Below, in pieces: positions 14,576 through 19,691 of a stretch of 19,691 bases of DNA. The stretch covers positions 23,825 through 43,515 of the forward strand of contig CAXTKV010000013.1 in NCBI GenBank assembly GCA_964244895.1, given 5' to 3'. Made by a program: the position numbers and the translations under genes. This DNA comes from an uncultured Deinococcales bacterium. GTDB lineage: Bacteria > Deinococcota > Deinococci > Deinococcales > JAAFIG01. The notes beneath the pieces are model-generated. The model searched no databases. It was not told where the DNA came from and saw only the letters and a program-made list of their open reading frames with translations. Position 1 is the stretch's first letter. Every line of letters starts with the position of its first letter.

Positions 14576-17191
14576 TCAGCGGGCGCTATCGGCCCGGTAC
14601 GGATCGCTGAACCCGCCGTTTTCCAGCATCTTGCGCTCTGCGGGCGTGGCGAGCTGGAGGTTCGAGGCGGGGTGCATCAGGCGGCGGTGCTCGCGCATCG
14701 CGTCGCGGTTGAGCGGGTTGGGGCGGGACGCCATTTTTGGCGCGGGCAGGGCGGCCTGTTCGCCCTTGACGGCGTGCCAGATGATGTCGTTCAGCACGGC
14801 TTCATTCGCGCGATCCGCGCGGGAAAAATCGAGTCCCTGTGAAACAGCCGCGCCGTAAGCCAGCGCCGTGTTGGGCGTGTCCAGCGCCTGCTTGGGCGTC
14901 ACGGCCTTGTAGGGTGCCAGGTTCGGCGCATCCTGGAAGGCCGCGACCATCGGCGTGGCGGCGGCATCAAATTGCGTCATCGGCGACAGGCCCAGAACCA
15001 GTTCGATCGTGCGCAGCATCGAACTGGTCGAATAAAACGTGTGATCGCGAACCTTGCGCTTGGAGTACGCGCTGATGGCGAGCACGGGCATGCGGTGCGC
15101 ATCCACGTGATCCGCACCGTTCTGGGCGTCGTCTTCCAGTACGAAGATGGCGGTGTCTTTCCAGTAGACGCTGTTGCTGACAGCCTCGACCAGCTTACCG
15201 AGCGCCAGGTCGTTGTCGGCCACGTAGGCCGCCGGGATCGGCGATCCGACGCGCGTGCCGTTGGTGTGATCCCTGGGCAAGCGCACCACCGACAACTGCG
15301 GCAGTTGGCCGTTCTTGGCGTACTCGTCGAATTCTTTTTTCCAGGCCTCGAAGCGCACCTGATCGCTGATGCCCATGTCATAACCCGGAAAGATCGGCGA
15401 AATCCGGCCCTCGAGCGCGGGCGCGAAGGCGGCGGCCTTGACGTTCGGCGGGCTGCTGGTGAAATCGTTGAACTCGCCGTAACTGCGGTAATCGAGCTTG
15501 GCGCGCTGGGCGTAATCGAACAGGTAACCGCCGGTCGGGGCGGGCGCGGTCGAACCCGCCTCGAAATCGTAGGCGCGGCCTCTGGGCGAATAATTCGCGG
15601 GCCAGTTCTTCTGCACGTAATCGGTGGCGATCGCGCCCATCGTCCAGTTGTGCCCGTCGGCGCTGACTTCGGCGTCCGCGTAGAAGTTATCGAACAGCCC
15701 GAACTCGAGCGCCAGCGCGCGCTGGTTGGGCGTCACGTCCGCCCCGAAGAGTTCCAGCGACGCGTCGCCGTTGCCTTCCTTGAGGCTGCCGAAGACCTGA
15801 TCGTAGGTGCGGTTCTCCTTGATGACGTAGATCACGTGCTTGATCGGCGAAGGATCGCCGGGGCGCTCTGGGATGGCGCGGGGCGCGGTGCTGGCCGCCG
15901 TGCGGGTCAGCATCTGGCGCGTCTCGTCGAAACCGTTGTTCTTGACGACGGCCTTGGTGTACGCCTCGAGTTCCGATGCGTTGGGCGCGCCGATGATGCT
16001 GAGCGTGCCACGGGCCATGCTGGCGATGTACTGCTCCGCCGGGTTGCGCTTGTCCGGCACCGGCCCCGCCGGGTTCGGCCCCGCGCCCAGGCCCTTCATG
16101 TTGGCCGCAAAGATGAACTTGCCGTCCGGTGAAACCGCGACTGCGCTCGGGAACCAGGCGGTCGGGATCAAGCCGGAAACCTTGCTGCTGGCGGCGTCCA
16201 CGACCGCCAGGTCGTTGTTGCCGCCGTTGGCGACGTAAAGGGTCTTGCCGTCCGGTGAAACCGCGACCGCGTTCGGCATCGAACCCATCGGAGCCTTGTC
16301 GTAAGGTGCCAGGTTGATCGCGCTCGAGACCTTGTTGCTGGCGGTGTCCAGGGCGCTGAGCGTATCCGAATTGGCGTTGGCGACGTAGAGCGTTTTGCCA
16401 TCCTTGGTCAGGGCCATGCCCGTCGGGTGATCGCCCGTCTGAACGCGGGTGATTTCCTTGGCGGTCGCCGGATCGATCACGCTGATGCCCTTGCCGTTCC
16501 AGAGGCTGGCGTAAAGCGCCTTGCCGTCCGCAGAAAGTTGCAGCGCGTACGGCAGCGGCCCGATGTCCTTGGCGTTGGCCGGATCGCCCAGCTTGAGGCT
16601 CTTGAAGGTCGTCTGGGTGCGGCTGGCGGCCAGATCCACGAAGGCGATCGTGTTGCCCAGGTTGTTGGCCACGTAGAGCGTTTTGGCGTCACCGGAAATG
16701 GCCAGTCCCGCCGGGTAGATCGGGGTGCTGGCGTCGCCCAGCACGATGCTCGAGCCTTCGGTCAGTCGGCCCGCGTCGAAGCTGTAGGAGCGCACCTTGT
16801 TGTTGCCGCCCGCCGAGGCGAACAGGCTCTTGCCGTCGGGACTCCAGACCACGCCCAGGAACAAGGATTCCGGCGCGGCGTAGGGAATCGTCTGCACGAC
16901 TTTGCGCGTGTACGAATCCACCAGCGCCAGACTCTGCAGGCCCTGACCGCAATTCACGATCGCCAGGTAGCGCCCATCCGGGCTCCAGGCCATGCCCATC
17001 GGGCGGTCGCCGATCTCGAGTTGTAGGCCTGCTGGTGTCAGCTTCCAACTGTTCGGCGTGACGCCCGTGCCGTCCGGTTGCGGCCCGATCAGCCCAAAAA
17101 AGCTCGAGTTGGCCGCCCCGACCGCGCCCGCTGCCAACCCACCGACGATGACCAAGCCCGAAAGAAGCTTCTTGCTGTTGAATGTGCGCAT
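14576..17191 (-). CDS. Secreted bifunctional YVTN/YncE beta-propeller plus phosphoesterase (alkaline phosphatase superfamily, PLC/AcpA-like)
   Basis: Signal peptide (MRTFNSKK...AGAVGA|A), repeated SPDGKTLYVAN blades, then KHVIYVIKENRTYDQ, DNFY.DAEVSADGH, LP.DHT, VADNDLALG and EDDAQNG.DHVDAHR. Confidence 0.9.
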   Translation of the reverse strand: MRTFNSKKLLSGLVIVGGLAAGAVGAANSSFFGLIGPQPDGTGVTPNSWKLTPAGLQLEIGDRPMGMAWSPDGRYLAIVNCGQGLQSLALVDSYTRKVVQTIPYAAPESLFLGVVWSPDGKSLFASAGGNNKVRSYSFDAGRLTEGSSIVLGDASTPIYPAGLAISGDAKTLYVANNLGNTIAFVDLAASRTQTTFKSLKLGDPANAKDIGPLPYALQLSADGKALYASLWNGKGISVIDPATAKEITRVQTGDHPTGMALTKDGKTLYVANANSDTLSALDTASNKVSSAINLAPYDKAPMGSMPNAVAVSPDGKTLYVANGGNNDLAVVDAASSKVSGLIPTAWFPSAVAVSPDGKFIFAANMKGLGAGPNPAGPVPDKRNPAEQYIASMARGTLSIIGAPNASELEAYTKAVVKNNGFDETRQMLTRTAASTAPRAIPERPGDPSPIKHVIYVIKENRTYDQVFGSLKEGNGDASLELFGADVTPNQRALALEFGLFDNFYADAEVSADGHNWTMGAIATDYVQKNWPANYSPRGRAYDFEAGSTAPAPTGGYLFDYAQRAKLDYRSYGEFNDFTSSPPNVKAAAFAPALEGRISPIFPGYDMGISDQVRFEAWKKEFDEYAKNGQLPQLSVVRLPRDHTNGTRVGSPIPAAYVADNDLALGKLVEAVSNSVYWKDTAIFVLEDDAQNGADHVDAHRMPVLAISAYSKRKVRDHTFYSTSSMLRTIELVLGLSPMTQFDAAATPMVAAFQDAPNLAPYKAVTPKQALDTPNTALAYGAAVSQGLDFSRADRANEAVLNDIIWHAVKGEQAALPAPKMASRPNPLNRDAMREHRRLMHPASNLQLATPAERKMLENGGFSDPYRADSAR

Positions 17192-17250
17192 TCGTGATGA
17201 CCCTTTCTGAATAATGGTTCGCCCTCGTTGAACTTCGGGCGATCCGGGTT

Positions 17251-17301
17251 CACACCGTCCCAGACGATGTTCTTCATGAGACCGTCTGGGACGGTGTTCT
17301 C
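17251..17301. repeat. REP-like doublet J (CACACCGTCCCAGACGATGTTCTT ... GAGACCGTCTGGGACGGTGTTCTC)
   Basis: ACACCGTCCCAGACG (17252-17266) and CGTCTGGGACGGTGT (17283-17297) are perfect inverted repeats, and each unit is itself near-palindromic. Confidence 0.88.
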
Positions 17302-17398
17302 GAGGCTGATGCTGACCCGGTGCGCTTCGAGACCAGAAAATACGGAGGTTCTCGTGATGGCCTGACCATCGTGAAGTTCATTTCTCGAGCGAGTCTGT

Positions 17399-19691
17399 TC
17401 AGCGCATCCGATCACCCGTCAGGCCGTTCACGCCGATGCCCTGCTCGAGATTCCTGACGACGGCGCGCGTCGCCGCGTCGCTGCGCGAGGTAGCCCGGCC
17501 CGCGATGAACCGCTCGAAACGGGTGCGTTCCCACCAGGCCGGGTGGTTGACGCGGCGGCTCGAGTGAACTTCGGGCATCGGCGCGTTCGCGCCCTTGGCA
17601 TCGTGCCAGAGGATCTCGTTCAGCACGGCGTCGTTGACCCGATCCGGCCTGGAGAAATCGAAGTGCGATGATTCCCTGGACTTGTACGAGGCATCGGTGT
17701 TGAGTTGATCGAGCGGTTGCTTGGGCGTGATGGCCTTGTACGGCGTCAGGTTGGGCGCGTCCTGGAAGGCCGCGATCATCGGCGTCGCGGCGGCGTCGAA
17801 TTGCGTCATCGGCGGTAAGCCCAGGATCAGTTCCATGGTGCGCAGCATCGAAACCTGCGAGTACTGCGTGTGGTCGAGCGCCTTGCGCTTGCTGTAGGCG
17901 CTGATGGCGAAGGCGATCGTGCGGTGCGCGTCCACGTGATCCGGGCCGCTCTGCGCGTCGTCTTCCAGGGACAGAATCACCGTGTCCTTCCAGTACGGGC
18001 TATTGGAGACGGCCTCGACGATCTTGCCGAAGGCCAGGTCGTTGTCCGCGACCATCGCTTTCGGTGTCTGTGCGCCCTTGCTCGAGCCGTCCGTGTGGTC
18101 GCGCGGCAGGGCCACGATGGACAGCTGCGGCAGGTTGCCGCCCTTGACGAAGCCATCGAATTCCGCCTTCCAGTTTTTGAAGCGATCCTGGTCGCTGTAG
18201 CTCATCTCGAAGCCCAGGTAGGTCGGCGACCAGTGACCGACCAGGTTGGGTTGCGCGGGTGACGGCTTGACGTTCGGAACCTTCGAGGCGTAATCCCAGA
18301 ACTCGCCGTAGACGCGGTAGCTGATGTTCGCGCGCTTGGCGAAGTCGAACAAAAAGCCGTTGGTCGGGTTGGCGGCGGTCGTCGCGCCCTCCCAGTCGTA
18401 ACCCCGGTTGCGATCCGAGTAATCGGACGGCCAGAAGCGTTGTGTGTAATCGCCCGCCGCCGCCGCCATCGCCCAGTCGTGACCGTCGGCGGAGACTTCG
18501 GCGTCGCAATAAAAGTTGTCCAGAACGCCGTACTCGAGCGCCAACGCGTGGTGGTTGGGCGTGACATCCTGCCCGTAGAGCGTCAGGCTCGGGTCGCCAT
18601 CGCCCACCTTGAGGTCGCCCAGCACCTGATCGTAGGTGCGGTTTTCCTTGATGACGTAGATCACGTGCTTGAAGACGCTCGGGTCGCCGACGCGCCGTGG
18701 AATCGGTTGGGCTTTGGTGCTGGCGGAACCCTTGAGGAGCGACTGGCGCGTCTCGTCGAAACCGTTGTTCTTGACGACCTGCGCGGTGTAAGCCGCGAGC
18801 GCCTTGTCGTCCGGCGCGGCGATCACGGACACCGTGCCGCGCGCCAGTCCGGCGATGTACTGCTCCTCTGGCCTGTCCACGCCGTCGATCGGGCCGAGCG
18901 GGTTGGGGCCAGCCCCCAGACCCTTGAGGTTGGCGACGTACAAGAACTTGCCGTCCCTGGACGGCGTCACGGCGCTCGGGTACCAGGCCGTCGGGATCAG
19001 GCCGCGCACCCTGTTGCTGCCCAGATCGACCACCGCCACGTCGTTGTTGCCGCCGTTGGCGACGTAGAGCGTCTTGTCGTCGGGGGACAGCGCCAGCGCG
19101 TTCGGCATCGAGCCGAACGGCGCGCCATCGTAGGGGCGCAGGTTGATCTGAGCGCGCACCGCGTTGCTGGCGGTGTCCACCAGGCTGACCGTATCCGAAT
19201 TGGCGTTGGCGACGTAGAGCGTCTTGCCGTCACCGGAGAGGGTCATGCCGCTCGGTTGGTCGCCCATAGAAATTTTCTTGATCAACTCGAGCTTTTCCGT
19301 GCTGATTGCGCTGACGGTCTTCATGTTGGTGTGCGAGACGTAGAGCGTCTTGCCATCCTTGGACATCTGGAGCGCGTAGGGCAGCGTGACCTTGCCCGTG
19401 TCGCTCGAGGCTTGACCAAATTTCAGGTACTTGACGCCCAGGCCGTTGCGCCGCGTCGTGTCGATCGCGGCCAGCGCGTTGCCGTAGTTGAGCGCCGCGT
19501 AGAGCGTCTTGCCGTCCGGCGATAGCGCCAGTCCCGCCGGGAAGATCGGGCTCGAGAGATCGCCCAGGATGAAGGGTGCGCCCTCGGTCAGCAGTTTGCC
19601 GTCGAAGCGGTAGCTGCGAATCTTGTTGTTGCCGCCCGCAGAGGCGTACAGCGCTTTGCCGTCCGCGCTCCAGACCACGCCGTAGAACAGC
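17399..19691 (-). CDS. Second YVTN beta-propeller/phosphoesterase paralogue, 5'-truncated by the window edge
   Basis: Same motifs as 14576-17191. The frame stays open past GTG 19678 to the edge (LFYGVVWSADGK versus LFLGVVWSPDGK in the paralogue). Confidence 0.9.
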   Translation of the reverse strand, partial: LFYGVVWSADGKALYASAGGNNKIRSYRFDGKLLTEGAPFILGDLSSPIFPAGLALSPDGKTLYAALNYGNALAAIDTTRRNGLGVKYLKFGQASSDTGKVTLPYALQMSKDGKTLYVSHTNMKTVSAISTEKLELIKKISMGDQPSGMTLSGDGKTLYVANANSDTVSLVDTASNAVRAQINLRPYDGAPFGSMPNALALSPDDKTLYVANGGNNDVAVVDLGSNRVRGLIPTAWYPSAVTPSRDGKFLYVANLKGLGAGPNPLGPIDGVDRPEEQYIAGLARGTVSVIAAPDDKALAAYTAQVVKNNGFDETRQSLLKGSASTKAQPIPRRVGDPSVFKHVIYVIKENRTYDQVLGDLKVGDGDPSLTLYGQDVTPNHHALALEYGVLDNFYCDAEVSADGHDWAMAAAAGDYTQRFWPSDYSDRNRGYDWEGATTAANPTNGFLFDFAKRANISYRVYGEFWDYASKVPNVKPSPAQPNLVGHWSPTYLGFEMSYSDQDRFKNWKAEFDGFVKGGNLPQLSIVALPRDHTDGSSKGAQTPKAMVADNDLAFGKIVEAVSNSPYWKDTVILSLEDDAQSGPDHVDAHRTIAFAISAYSKRKALDHTQYSQVSMLRTMELILGLPPMTQFDAAATPMIAAFQDAPNLTPYKAITPKQPLDQLNTDASYKSRESSHFDFSRPDRVNDAVLNEILWHDAKGANAPMPEVHSSRRVNHPAWWERTRFERFIAGRATSRSDAATRAVVRNLEQGIGVNGLTGDRMR

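Noticed and set aside
16129..17000. Recurring DNA similarity (TTGCCGTCCGG..., GGCGACGTAGAGCG) as a DNA repeat element
   Set aside because: Explained by YVTN beta-propeller blade repeats (SPDGKTLYVAN).
3..17301. Palindromic ~27-35-bp repeats as a CRISPR array
   Set aside because: The copies are dispersed kilobases apart, degenerate, often inverted, never in a regular repeat-spacer series, and no cas genes are present.
18943..18968. AGAACTTGCCGTCCCTGGACGGCGT resembling the repeat inside the second phosphoesterase
   Set aside because: It encodes the ordinary propeller motif SRDGKFL, homologous to SPDGKFI in the paralogue, so the similarity follows from codons.

Overview
This is a GC-rich bacterial window, probably Deinococcota. 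That assignment is inferred from several leaderless TANNNT-N6/7-ATG starts, a very high CTCGAG frequency and a multi-GAF kinase. Gene content, left to right: a UgpB/A/E-like ABC importer followed by a PtpB/IphP-type phosphatase; UDP-glucose dehydrogenase and two glycosyltransferase-like genes; a 4-TM His-containing membrane protein divergent from a Tat-exported Rieske protein and an OmpR-type two-component system; a PIG-L deacetylase; an orphan 3xGAF histidine kinase; and two tandem YVTN-propeller/phosphoesterase paralogues, the second truncated by the window edge. Four signals stand out. (1) A GTAACC-N5-GTAACC direct-repeat box lies exactly 9 bp upstream of a -10-like hexamer in front of the membrane protein, the Rieske protein and the regulator, which suggests a small self-contained redox regulon. 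(2) A REP/REPIN-like family, (G)AGAACACCGTCCNGGACGGTGTTCT(C), occupies about 10 intergenic sites as singlets and inverted doublets, with possible decayed in-frame copies inside genes. (3) CTCGAG occurs about 80 times, in the manner of HIP1. (4) One glycosyltransferase-like gene has a conserved-looking N-terminus with no ATG/GTG/TTG and appears to start at CTG. No rRNA, tRNA, CRISPR array or transposase was seen.
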